NCBI GenBank assembly: GCA_973895155.1
Contig: OZ316891.1
Span: 20,658,169-20,722,168 of the forward strand
Reading direction: 5' to 3'
From: Marsupella aquatica
Lineage: Eukaryota > Plantae > Marchantiophyta
DNA: 64,000 nucleotides
A program made the position numbers and the translations under genes. Below are positions 1-12,010 of this stretch, one piece after another; position 1 is the first letter of the stretch; every line of letters begins with the position of its first letter. Under the pieces are notes generated by a model. That model made no database searches and was not told the origin of the DNA. It was given only the letters and a program-made list of their open reading frames with translations.

Positions 1-494
1 TGACATGCATACAGCAAGCTTTGGGGCCGAACTGAAATTTCATTTTCTTTGAGGTCAAGGCCCAGCTTATGATTCCTGTCAGTTAAACCGTCGGTTTCAC
101 AGGCGCATTACACACCTCACCGTGTCAAGATGTAGAGAATGCCAGGATTTAGCTCGAGCGGCTGCTTTCTGAGATCATGGTCTACAGATCACTCTTGACG
201 TACAACATTGCTTCACAAGGGCTTCCACGATGGACATGAACGACGCAACCGACTGTAGGTCCCGCAGTGTTTAACTACTAGACCGGAAAAGACCTTCCCA
301 GAGAAATTTGAATGATAGACAATCCATCATCCACAGCATTTAAGAGGACACAACGAGAACACATTAATGACGCTCCTTTCATTTCTCCTGTAGCTGGCTA
401 GTCCAACTGTCCTTCCTCCAGCGCGCTGAAACTCACAGTAGACCCGAGAGCAGATCCTCAGATTCCAAATTTCACTCGTTCTCTCTCAATATGA

Positions 495-1040
495 CGGTGC
501 TGCCACCAGAGGCTTAACCTTAAAAATATTCATTCCATCATTGTCTAAAATTCGGAGAGCGCTTCCACAGAAGGGTCCTGACCTTAAAACCATGAACTCC
601 ATCATCTTCTCTCAATCTAAGAGCGCTGCCACACGAAGCTTGACCTTAACTACAGTGATTCCATCACTCCCTAAATGTATGAGCGCTACCACAAGAGGCC
701 TGACCAACATTCATCCCATCATCCTCTCTCAATGTAAAGGGCAACTCTCATTCATTACCTCACTCTCCAAGCATTCCTACTGACGAGCCTCCTAGGGATT
801 AAAATACTCTTACAAGCTTGCGCGTCAGATCATTCATTCACTCACTCATCCATTCATTCCAACAGACGAGCCTCCTAGGGAATAAAAGACTCTTACAAGC
901 TTGCGCGTTAGATATCACTCTCCTCTCCTCTCCTGTAAGTCATTCATTCACTCACTCATCCATTCAATCCTACTGACGAGCCTCCTAGGAATTAGAACAC
1001 TCTTACAAGCTTGCGCGTCAGATATCACTCTCCTCTGCTC
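495..1040. repeat. Two short degenerate tandem repeats (~61-bp unit x4; ~50-bp core x3)
   Basis: A gagcgctnccac...accttaa...ccatca unit recurs at ~498, 560, 622 and 683; gacgagcctcctaggga...actcttacaagcttgcgcgt recurs at ~782, 864 and 975. Confidence 0.8.
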
Positions 1041-1524
1041 ACCTCACCTCGTGCGACGTTCTGCTCCTTGAGTCGGGGAAGGAAAGGAAGTGTGAGGGTG
1101 ATGACGATGACGATGACGGACCACGATAATGATGAGACCTTTGATTCGCTCGGAGGCCGGAGGAACGCGCGATCTCAAAAGAAAGATGGCGGATGTTCAG
1201 TCCACCACCACTAATAAGAGGTCATCCATCAGTCGAGCACACCAAAAAGCGCCCGCCCAAACCTACAAAATCGATTTCGGAACAACACTCGCGTTGGATC
1301 TGAACCGGCAAACGACCACCGACAGAATGGCGACCGCCATGCGACACTGATGCAGCAGAAGTGCACAATCGAGCGCAAAAGTCGCCGATCAATCAAGCAG
1401 TCAATCAATCCATCCATCGATCGATCGCTCCTCGCTCGATCGGACATTGAATGTGAATTCACTCGTCGACCAAAACTGCGTTCCATTCAATGCGTAAACC
1501 GGAGAATTGACTCGTGTACAATTC

Positions 1525-2813
1525 AATTGTCGGTCAATTCCTCATCTTCCATTGTCGCAATAATTGAAGCTCGTATGAAGCTCCAGGTTTGCCAAAATGC
1601 TCGGACATGCTTTTGCAACCCGGATGGACTACCACGAAACTTTCTTCGTTGCTCATATGATGCATGTGATGCACAATTTTTCATCTTCCACTCAGGAAAT
1701 TGAAGCTTAAATGGACCTCCATGTTTGCCAAAATGCTCGGATATGCCTTTGCAACCTGGATGAACTATCAGGAAACTTTCTTTTTTGCTCATGTAATGCA
1801 CATGACGGTCAGTTTGCCGAAATGCTCGTATATGCTTTGCAAACCCGGATGGACTACCATGAACCTTCTTGGTTGCTCATATGATGCATGTGATGCACAA
1901 TTTCTCATCTTCCACTCAGGAAATTGAAGCTTAAATGGACCTCCATGTTTGCCAAAATGCTCGGATATGCCTTTACAACCTGGATGAACTATCAGGAAAC
2001 TTTCTTTTTTGCTCATGTAATGCACATGACGGTCAGTTTGCCGAAATGCTCGGATATGCTTTGCAAACCCGGATGGACTACCATGAACCTTCTTGGTTGC
2101 TCATATGATGCATGTGATGCACAATTTCTCATCTTCCACTCAGGGAATTGAAGCTTAAATGGACCTCCATGTTTGCCAAAATACTCGGACATGCTTTTGC
2201 AACCTGGATGAAATATCAGGATATTTTCTTTTTTGCTCATATAATGCATAAGGCGGTCAGTTTCTCATCTTCCAGTGAGGACTTGAAGCCTGGATGGACC
2301 TCCACATTTGCCAGAATGCTCAGATATGCTATTGCAACCCCTATGGACTACCAAGAAATTTTCTTTTTAGCTCATAAGTGCATATGATGGTCAACTTCTC
2401 ATCTTCCATTGTGGCAATTGAAGGTTGTATGGACCTCTGGGTTTGCCAAAATGCTCGGATATGCTTTGCCAATGCAGATGGACTGCCATTAAACTTTATT
2501 TTTCGTTCATATAATGCATATGATGGTCGAATTCTCATCTTCCAGTGAGGAAATTGAAGCTTGGATGGATCTCTAGGTTTGCCAAAAGCTGGGATATGCT
2601 TTTGCAACCCCAATGGACAACCACTAAACTTTCTTTTTCTTTCCTATAATGCATATGAGGGTCAATTTCTCATCTTCCAGTGAGTAAATTGAAGCTTGTA
2701 TGGACCTCCAAGTTTGCCAAAATGCAGGGATACACTTTTGCAACCCAGATGGACTATCAAGAAACTTTATCTTTTGCTTGTATAATGCATATGACAGCCA
2801 ACTTTTCATCTTC
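1525..2813. repeat. Satellite array, ~135-136-bp monomer with a duplicated 224-bp composite unit
   Basis: The ttgaag anchor falls at ~1564, 1700, 1924, 2148, 2283, 2418, 2553 and 2689 (spacing 136, 224, 224, 135, 135, 135, 136). Repeated near-identical ORF translations are a by-product. Confidence 0.92.
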
Positions 2814-4301
2814 CTAGCCTGCTCCTGCATGTCCTGCCAATCATCATTGTCGACATCATTTGGCTGGTCCTTCAGCAATTTCCCAAGCCCGGTCGCACGG
2901 AGTACCCCCTTCACTTGTCGCTCCCACAACAAGTAGTCCGTGCGGCCATCGTATTTTGTAACCTTAAACTTGGGACCTCCAAGCTTGATTGTCCCCAACC
3001 TTTTTCTTGTCACTCGCCGCAATACCGGAGACCACAATTCCGCTAGATCTTCTGCTTCCTCCTCTGTTCTCTCCGGTGACTCAATAGAACCCTCCTCCAA
3101 GTCACTCATGTGAGAAATCAAGAAAAAATGACGTTTTTCTTAACTTCTCAAAAAACTCAAAGATTATCATTGCCACGTAGCCCACGAGCCTAGTTTTCCA
3201 ATGCTTGTCAACAATGAATGTTGATGAATTGCACTCGGTGCCGTCACCAAGTCCAACAAGGTAAATGATTTTTCTTAGCCTTCCTCTTCGCATCAAGAGC
3301 CAATCCCGGACTCAAAACAATTGTCTTGCCTCAATCTCTCCGTTGAGTCAAAACACTTGACGCTTCTCCCTCCGAGTCGATTGCAACAACAAGAAACCCC
3401 GCTCAGGCAAAAGAAGACTCCATAGCCGGTCAAAAAATCAGAACGTTGTGACGTACTCGTTACACACTCGGCAACAAACCAGCTACCGAAATGATCAGCT
3501 CGTCCCGATCTACAAATGGAGCTATAACATGCGACACTTCCTTCGCTGTAGAGCTCACACCGTCGAGAAAATAAACTCTGGTCCCTCCTCCGAAAAACCG
3601 TCGAACACGAATGTTGCCGACTTTCTTCACAAAATCCAGAACGACAAAAACTTAGATCTCTCCGCACCACGAGCTCCGTTCAGCGATTTCTTCACATCGT
3701 TAGAAAGTCCTTGCCCTGATCTATCCGTTGAGCCCATAAAATCCAAGTTCCATGCGACGGAACTCCGGGAAATCCACCGACACTCAACGCTAGAAAAAAC
3801 CGTCACGAACACACGTCACCTCCCAGGCATGCTCTGATACCAATTGTTGAGTATAGACGATAATCGTAACGGTAAGCACATGACATATCCAACATGCAAG
3901 TAGTCGACACAAGAGATACGTGGTTCACCTCCTTGAGGCTACGTCCACGGGAACACACAAGAGAGCTTTACTGAACTCTAAGCCCGTCGGCTATACCGAG
4001 TCTCCACAGTGTAAGCTCTCCCTATCTCTCAAGTGGCTCCATAACAATGAGCCTTGGTTCTACCTCTCCAAGCACACGTGCCTCTTATGATATAGTGTGC
4101 AACTTAGTTAACCTAACCACATTGTTGTACCTAATCACGTAGTTATACCTAATCACGTAGTTGTATCTAACCACATTGTTGTACCTAATCACGTAGTTGT
4201 ACCTAACCACGTAGTTATACCAAACCATGTTGTTATACCAACCCACGTTGTTGTACTAACCACGTCATACCTAACCTAGACATAAGAATAAATACCCAAC
4301 A
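2814..4301 (-). mobile_element. 3'-truncated Ty1/copia LTR retrotransposon (5' LTR, PBS, leader, gag N-terminus)
   Basis: LTR 3845-4301 bounded by TGTTG...CAACA; tRNA-iMet PBS TGGTATCAGAGC on minus at 3831-3842; gag from ATG ~3109 reads KFKVTKYDGRTDYLLWERQVKGVLRATGL..DWQDMQEQA (typical copia gag N-terminus) and breaks at ~2814 into the satellite. Confidence 0.88.
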
Positions 4302-5766
4302 AACTTTGCTGGTGAAAATGGTCTGGAAATGAGAAGGTCTAAATGGGTTATTGTCCATGGGGGTTGTATGGTCCACCCGCCCAGTCCACAGGAGCATCAT
4401 TTTCGCAGAGGGGGTCAATCTTCTATTTCCCTTGTCCATTTTATTGCGGCGTCCTATAACTACGGTCAGCTTTGCATAAGTGTAAGGGGCTTGTGAAGAA
4501 TGATATTTATCGCACTTAAAGAGGGTGTTGCACTATGCCATAAGAGCATAATCCAATTGGTCTTGCACTCGTACATAAACAACACTAAAGTGACTGCAAG
4601 TCCTTGCACTTCTAATATATAAGTGCAAGGCCTTGGGACAAAGACACATCTTGCACTTGCACAGTTTTGCTATGGCATATTAAGTGCGATCCAATCAATC
4701 TGCACTTATACATGAAAAAAACACTATTAAGGGTGTGTGCAAAAGGCCTTGCACTTCTAATGCATAAGTGGAAGGCCTTGGGAAGAAGATAAGTCTCCAT
4801 TTGAAGGGCAAGCAAATGAGGCGTTGCAGGTTTAGGGTTTAAACTGTAGATACTTTGCAATTAATGCTAGCACAAAAGGCTTTGCACTTCTAGATACTTT
4901 GCTAGAAGTACAAGCACAACAGTTTTTCAGCTCTATGTACTTTGCATAGAGATTTTGCACTCTCTGTGCGAAGTTTTCTTGTGTCCCTGTTGGAGAGAGG
5001 ATGGCTGGTACACGAGCTTATTGAATGGACTAGTGCAAAATGAAACTCTACGTGAACATTTCCTGCTTATTATAACCAGTTGGACATTGCCTTCGGACGA
5101 CTTTATATTTACTTTAATCCATGAAGCAACTTTGACAAATGCTCTATGTTGATCACACTCTCAAGATAATGAAGCTGTGGACGCGATTTTCCACTGGTGA
5201 CTCAGAACAGAAAATGCTCGCCTGGAGATTCAGAAAGACAAACTTAGGTGATCCTCGACTGGTGATTCAGATGGACAAACTGATTTCAGCGTGGATCTTG
5301 TCTCCACATCAGATCCAGTTCTATACAAAGAATCCCCTCTGGAAAATTTCCTAACGAAGGACTTCGGTTAATTATATCACTTTTTAGCCCTACTGCCATT
5401 CCCTGTCCCTACTAACTAGAGCGTTGTACAACACTGTGAATGAAGAGCATTCATTTGGTAAGAGTTACACTTGTTGTGACATACTCCTATCCTTCTCCTG
5501 AGAAAGGGCCCAGGCCATCCAAGTGGCAGCCTGGTGCCCTACATAATTCTTGCGGTATCCTGCCATGAACGTTCCAATGTAGACGAGGCAGGTTGAGGTC
5601 ACAGATGACACTGTTAAACCTGAATTACCACGTCGTCATTAATTCCTCCTATACTAAAGTGAATTCCGAAACATCGGCTGTACATACGATGGGCTCTTGG
5701 GCTTGATTACTAACACATGCTAAGCTCGGCTGTGCACTGCTTTTGAAGATTGAAAAAGCTTCACGA

Positions 5767-8700
5767 CTACAACACGAACTTTGATAAATCCGTTTTTGTT
5801 AGAAGGTCTCCCATGGATTTTCTCACTTTCTGCACATTCCAGTACAGTTTTCATGTTAGCCTACAGACACGTTCCAACAACAAACCACGACATAGCACCA
5901 ACAGTCAAAAGCGCATCCTTCCAAAACCCAGCACATTACAGCTCCAAACTAACATAATTGCTGACTTTCAAAGATTCAATGCTTTTCTAATAGCATGAGG
6001 ACAATAAATGAACCAACCTCTTTGTCAATAATGTATTTCTGCCCAGCTCTCTCGGGGGCATGAAAACTTATTTCCTCAACCACTCTCTCAATAACCTGCG
6101 AGCATGTCAAATTGAGAGAGTATGAGTTTGGAACGTAATCAAACGTCAGCAAGGACGAAATCCTGAACAAAGGATCCGGTGAGCTCCGAGAGAATTTTTT
6201 TGTGCAATCAACTGTCATTGCTGACCACACAATAATGGCAACTTCAGATCAGTTTAGAAAATTTCAGTTGCTCACGTAAACTTGTGTAAACAATTCTAAA
6301 CAATGAAGCAGCGCGCGATAATCTTCGATGCTAGTTCCGTGAGCTTGATTATTGCTCGGCATAAATATGTCAAGCGACCATATTGGTTAACAGACTATCA
6401 TTGCAAACTTAAGTAGCAAATTGAAGAGGTTAGCTTGCTACAAAATGGTGATCAAGAACAAAACTCTCGTGTTAAGAACCGACTTACAGTATGTAGCCTT
6501 CTTGCACCAATGTTATCAAGATATCTATTCACCTGCCAAAGCACGACGAAATATAGAATGAAATTGTTAAGGAAAACAATGTAGTTTTATATGACTTGGC
6601 CTGAAAACAGGGTTCACCCTTACGTACAGGTTTGACGGGAAAGCCACTTCAAGCAACGCAGAATTAGCCTTATCATGACGGTCGATCGACACTTACTTCT
6701 GCTGCTACAGATGCGAGTTCATCAATAGCTTCATCTGTAAAAACCAAATCAATGTCTTCTGTCTTCATGAGTAGTTGTTGTTGCTTGATCATACTTGTTT
6801 CCGGCTCTGTGAGTATTCTGTAGAGATCCTGTGACACAAGTGACCAAAATAAGCCCACTCATACGAGTTCAAGATAATTCTCACTCCGTGACTACGTATC
6901 TTGAAGTGACATTTCAAGCGACTTCCAACTCCAACTTCAGTTCTCCTGAACTAATAAGTCTCCAGACAATTAGCACATAAAAATGTGACACATACCTCAC
7001 GAGTAAGGGCCTTCAACTCCACACGGATTGGTAGTCTTCCTTGCAACTCAGCGAGCATATCACTTGGCTTACAGGAATGGAAGGCACCACTGCAAATGAA
7101 GAGTATGTGATCTGTATTTACATTCCCATACTTGGTACTGACTGTGCTGCATCGGTGAAACAATTGCTGTTAGAGACAAGTCTGTCAAATAACTTAAGAT
7201 GTGAAACAAAGTTTATTGTTGCAAGTCAGTTTGATCGGTGAAACTGTGTTTCAGTTGAGAGAAGCGCCAACAAATTCACAAACCTTCCTTCAATTATTGG
7301 TAGCAGATCTCTTTGAACACCTTCTGCGCTAGCGTCGGCACCATGTCGGGAGTCATGGCTCGTTACAATCTTGTCAATTTCGTCAATAAAAACAATCCCA
7401 TCGGACTCTGCAAGCTGCCAGTGTGGAGCCACCGAATTTTTAGGTTAAGCAAAGCTATTAATAAGATCAGTCGTAAGCGGACGGCGTGCAAAAGCAACTC
7501 CATCCATTTATATCTCATCCCAGGTGGTTTAGTCATCGACCTCAATAGCATCCTTGGTAATCGTATCAGAATTGAGATGTTTCTCCATTTCAGTCTCTGT
7601 TAGCAGTGGCCTTGCCTCACCAATTGTAATCTCCCGTCTCTCCATCTTTTGGGACTTCAAAACCCTCTCCATCTAAAAACAAATGAGACGACAGGAGGTT
7701 TCAGCGTGAAGAATGAACCATCGCATCATTTGTTAGGGTTACAAACAAAATTAAAAGATCTGCATCAAGAAAAGAACCTTCGGCAAGCTTGCCCTGCTTG
7801 CGACAGTCCCACTGACTTTCACACCTACTCTCAACACTTCTTGCAATGGCTTAACAATATCACGAAAAAAGGAGATAGGGAATGTGCTGATTCGGAAACA
7901 AAGAACTCCAACACTACTTACCCTAAAAATGAGCTCATTCACTGCAAAGCCACCGCCACCGCCACTGACCATATCCATAGGAAGACGGACCCGACCATCT
8001 GGCATGTCCAATTGTATTTTGCGCTTGTCCATTGCACCTTCACGGTAAAGCTTTCTAAACATCTCCAGAGTATCTGACACTGGAGCTTCACCCTGACCAG
8101 ATGAAACGGTGGTGAGGTTAATCTTTAAGCTAGAACTGGCCCTCAACCAAAGGCTACCCTTCAATCAAAAGATCCCATACTTGTTTACAGTATAAGGAGG
8201 CAAGGGAATTCTCACCTCGACAGGGTGTTGTTCTCCAACAAGACTTTCTAGTATTTTATTTTCCACAGTGCGCTCCACTTCCTTCACTATTCGGGCCCGA
8301 GTCTGCAGATTTTATATTTCACTCTATGTCAGAGAATGACGTCACAAAAGGCCTCTAACTAGGTCAAAATTGTGCAAACTGTTGAGAACAATAATTAACG
8401 TCGCAACAGAGGTTCTACGTCTATGAAAACAATAGCATCACTGCAGTATCCTGGTGTACAACCTTTTGCCGTTGTAATAGAATAGCATTATCCACTAAAT
8501 CTCGAATAATTTGATCCACATCACGCCCATGAAAGCCTACTTCTGTAAATTTCGTGGCCTCCACCTGCAACGTGTAGAAGATGCTAATACTTAAAAGTGA
8601 ACACGATTAATGAAAGAAGAACAAGATTCAAAGGATTGACAGCTGATTATTTTTGTAAGCAGACAAAAACTCTGAAGCAAGATGCATATTTCGCCCATTA

Positions 8701-11292
8701 CCATGGAATTGATCTATTCCGGGGTCATGCAAGAGGAGGGGTGCGGAAAGGCTCTTCCAGTTCCACGGACGGTACCCCAGCCTATAGGGAGGCTCACCCT
8801 AATTGCACAGATATGAGGGCCTCGGCTTCAAGTGTGATCTCTCCAACTTGATTGGATCGTCCTCGAGGTAATGTGAGCTTGAATGCAGCTGGCTATGGAG
8901 GCTATCTGTGAATGCTGACAAGGATCATCCCTGGCCGCTCAATTCTGGTTCTACATATGAGGGTCGGACATTGAGGAGCCTGCCTATGAGGAAGTTAAGA
9001 GAAGAATAGAGGAAAAGGAGTAAGACAGCTGCAGGACATTGACTGGCAGAACAAGTGTTACCCATAGTTGACAATCGCACCTTCACAAATGGGGCATACG
9101 CCAACTTTGCAAGACGCCGAGCGATCTCAGTCTTCCCGCAACCGGTTGGACCAATCATGAGAATATTCTTTGGTACAATCTCAGCCCGCAGTGCAGTTGG
9201 TATGCGATGGCGGCGCCATCTATTCCCTGTGCAAAGCCAGAAACAAGCATAAGAATGATTGGATTGGGTATCCACTCCTTCACAAATCTCTCAAGCACCA
9301 CGCGTCAACAAACACGACCACAAGAATGACTGGATTGGGTATCCACTCCTTTACAAATCTCTGGCACCAAGAGTCAACAAACACGACCACAATAAAACGT
9401 CAAGAGTTACAGACATACAGGATTTGCATTCAAATGGACCATGACAATGCCTACACAGAAAACCCATCATTTACGAGAATGGCTCAGGTCAGACACAAGC
9501 ACTAGAGACTTCCACTCCAATGTGCAAATTCACAATGTGTGTGGTTGTCGATGGGAATTGTCTACTAGGTCATCAAGATATGAAGTATCACATGGTTCCT
9601 GAAACCTTGCAACCTTTCACAGAGCCAGAAGGTTGCAAGGTTGATCATTTGCCATTGTCGATACCGACTGAAAACAAGGACAAATGACCAAGCTGTCATC
9701 AGCGCATGTCACAAGAAGGGTTCTACTCATCTAAATGGTTTTAATAAAGACTAGAAAAGGACGCTACCATTTAGCTCTGATGCTGGATAGTTCTATGGAG
9801 ACCCCTTTCAATGGTACTAAGCATGGACATCGAACGAGAAAGTGGCCCAAAACTGATTTGAATTCCCCATTCACGACTCTTCCTCCGAGAAGTAGAATCC
9901 ATATTCCTCGTCAACCTACTGACATATGTGTACAGCAGAGATCTCTGTACGAACAATCACCTACACAACATTTAGCCCACCAGTTGTGGAGTGGATCAGA
10001 CAAGAGGCAGCAGCAAGGCTGGTGAGCGCATACGCAGAGCCACAGCAACAGCGCGTTTGGCTTCAGTTTGTCCGACAATATAGCGGTCCAGCATCTCCAC
10101 CACTTTTGCAGGAGTCAAGTCCTCTGGTCCAAGGTCGTCTGCAAACATTGCAACATGGTCAGAGTTGAACCATAAAAGCTGTTACGAGCATCAAGACAGT
10201 CATTACGTCTCAAGTACTCTGCCCAAAAAAATGCCACAATTGCGTGCAATCAGAAGTTTTTGTGACGGCACCTGCGAGAACTGCATTGGACTGTAGCACT
10301 GGATGATCGGTCTCGTCTGAAGAAGCCAACATTGTTCCATGTGCTGGACCGGATCTACATATCAAGAGGCAAGGACCCCCATTAGTCAGGGAATACTAAC
10401 CAGCTAAAAATCGAGCGTTTGCAATCAAACAAAACCTTCCAGGGTTTTCGAAGGTATGCTCCAACCTCTTTGACTAGATAGAGTCGCATACTCGAGCTAA
10501 CATTTCTCTCAGTTCAAAACAAGAACACACCTGACCGTCCCTACCCACGTGATCTGGCTGAAATATGCGTCTCATACCCCAATGCACATATAACTGTCTC
10601 ACACAAAATTCCAATTCTGGGTAACAGAACTGGACAAATTTAAGCAGGAAACTGAGCCTCACGTTTGGGACTGCTCAAAATGCCCTCACGGAGAAAGACT
10701 AAGTGCCCCCTCGTCAGCATATGTCCCGACCCTATCCAAACTTTTTCGCGAGATAAAGAATAAGATGAGCTCTGAGACATTAGGACAAAATCTCAAGGAG
10801 ACCATTATGACTTACTGCTCCAGTCGACCATTTAACTATCCACTTCAATTACTGTCTCGGTATGGAGACCTAATTATCTAACATTGCGAGGCTCTTCCCC
10901 TTAATTCAATCACGATTTTTTTGTCTGATTCATCTGGTTGCTAACTTTAGAAACAAACAGCTGCTAACAAATTGCAGTCTCCGCCAGGGCAGAGATTGGA
11001 TGGACTCCTTGCACCTTTCTTCGACAGCCTTTTTCAGTCTCGAGACCTCAAACTCTGCTCGTCTATAAACAACAACAGTTGATGCGAAGTAGCGAGCAGA
11101 ATGAAAGGCTATGCAGGGCAGAGAGAAGGTAGAGACTGAACAACCGACTCACCCAGAGATGCGTGCAGCAAAGACATGGCGGCAAGAGGGCTGTTGTGGC
11201 AGCAGCACGGAAGGGCCCGCGGCGACGCAGTTCCGGATCCTGGAGATTATGATGGGCGCTCGGCCAGAGAGGAAGTGAAGAACATGTCCCAT
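5767..11292 (-). CDS. hslU: ATP-dependent protease ATPase subunit HslU (ClpY), ~521 aa, probable organellar targeting peptide
   Basis: 14 GT-AG exons join in frame: 11153-11292, 10272-10354, 10034-10138, 9081-9226, 8463-8564, 8216-8302, 7922-8092, 7541-7672, 7284-7414, 6996-7146, 6697-6828, 6488-6532, 6018-6095, 5767-5829 (1566 nt). Motifs: [22 protein letters not shown] (Walker A), [22 protein letters not shown] (Walker B), [20 protein letters not shown]-terminal DLSKFVL. Exons 1-2 are less certain. Confidence 0.93.
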
Positions 11293-11472
11293 AGTGAGCA
11301 AACAACAGCAACAAGGATCGGCAATTCGATCCGCTTGCTGCACACGAATTCCGTTCGCGTTCTGAACTCCTCCGCCTGTTAATCAATCGAACCGATTCTT
11401 CCCTATAGTTGCCTTTCCCAGCTTCTTCGCAGCACACTCAGAGCTCCTGCCGACCTCCAACTCTTCACCACC

Positions 11473-11489
11473 GAGAGAGAGAACTTCAC

Positions 11490-11520
<31 letters not shown>
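11473..11520. repeat. (GA)n microsatellite, CT-rich on the hslU sense strand in its 5' leader
   Basis: Direct reading; lies ~200 bp upstream of the hslU ATG. Confidence 0.85.
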
Positions 11521-11523
<3 letters not shown>

Positions 11524-11569
11524 CAAAAGACTACACCTCACATTCAGTCTTGTGACAAAAGGGATGGTT

Positions 11570-12010
11570 ATCGAGAGCTTAACTACACTGCTCGAGTCAC
11601 GGCAAATTGCCCATCAAAATGTGGCAGTATAGGGTCTATTATGTCACTCAAATGGTTATCACGAGCTCATGGCAATATACGGTCTATTATGTCACTCCGA
11701 GGGTTAGCACGAGCTCATGGTAATATACGGTTTATTATGTCACTCCAATGGTTATCACGAGCTCATGGCAATATACGGTCTACTACGTCACTCCAATGGT
11801 TATCACGAGCTCAAGACAATATATGATTATGTCAATCCAATGGTTATGAGTAGCTAATGCTTGTCATGAGCTCATGGCAATGTATGGTGTATATGTCACT
11901 CCTATGGTTATGAGGAGCTTATTACACTCCTGGAGTCCCGGTGATTGCACATCAAAATGTGGCAATATACTGTGTATTATGTCACTTGATTGGTTGTCAG
12001 GAGCTTTTTA
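11570..12010. repeat. 48-bp minisatellite upstream of hslU
   Basis: attatgtcactccaatggttatcacgagctcatggcaatatacggtct at ~11638, 11686, 11734 and 11782, plus degenerate copies. Confidence 0.85.

Noticed and set aside
1040-1350. Possible 5' exon of a minus-strand gene running off the window
   Set aside because: Splice-like sites exist but there is no recognisable coding sequence.
1523-2613. Repeated 75-92-aa ORFs in the satellite (also ORFs at 40594-42268 and 57141-57942)
   Set aside because: They are chance read-throughs of tandem repeats, mostly out of any ancestral frame.
8700-9000. GC-richer segment in hslU intron 4 as a possible ncRNA
   Set aside because: No recognisable snoRNA, RNase MRP or snRNA motifs.
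5767-11292. hslU as bacterial contamination
   Set aside because: It has thirteen spliceosomal introns, an N-terminal extension and plant TEs on both sides.
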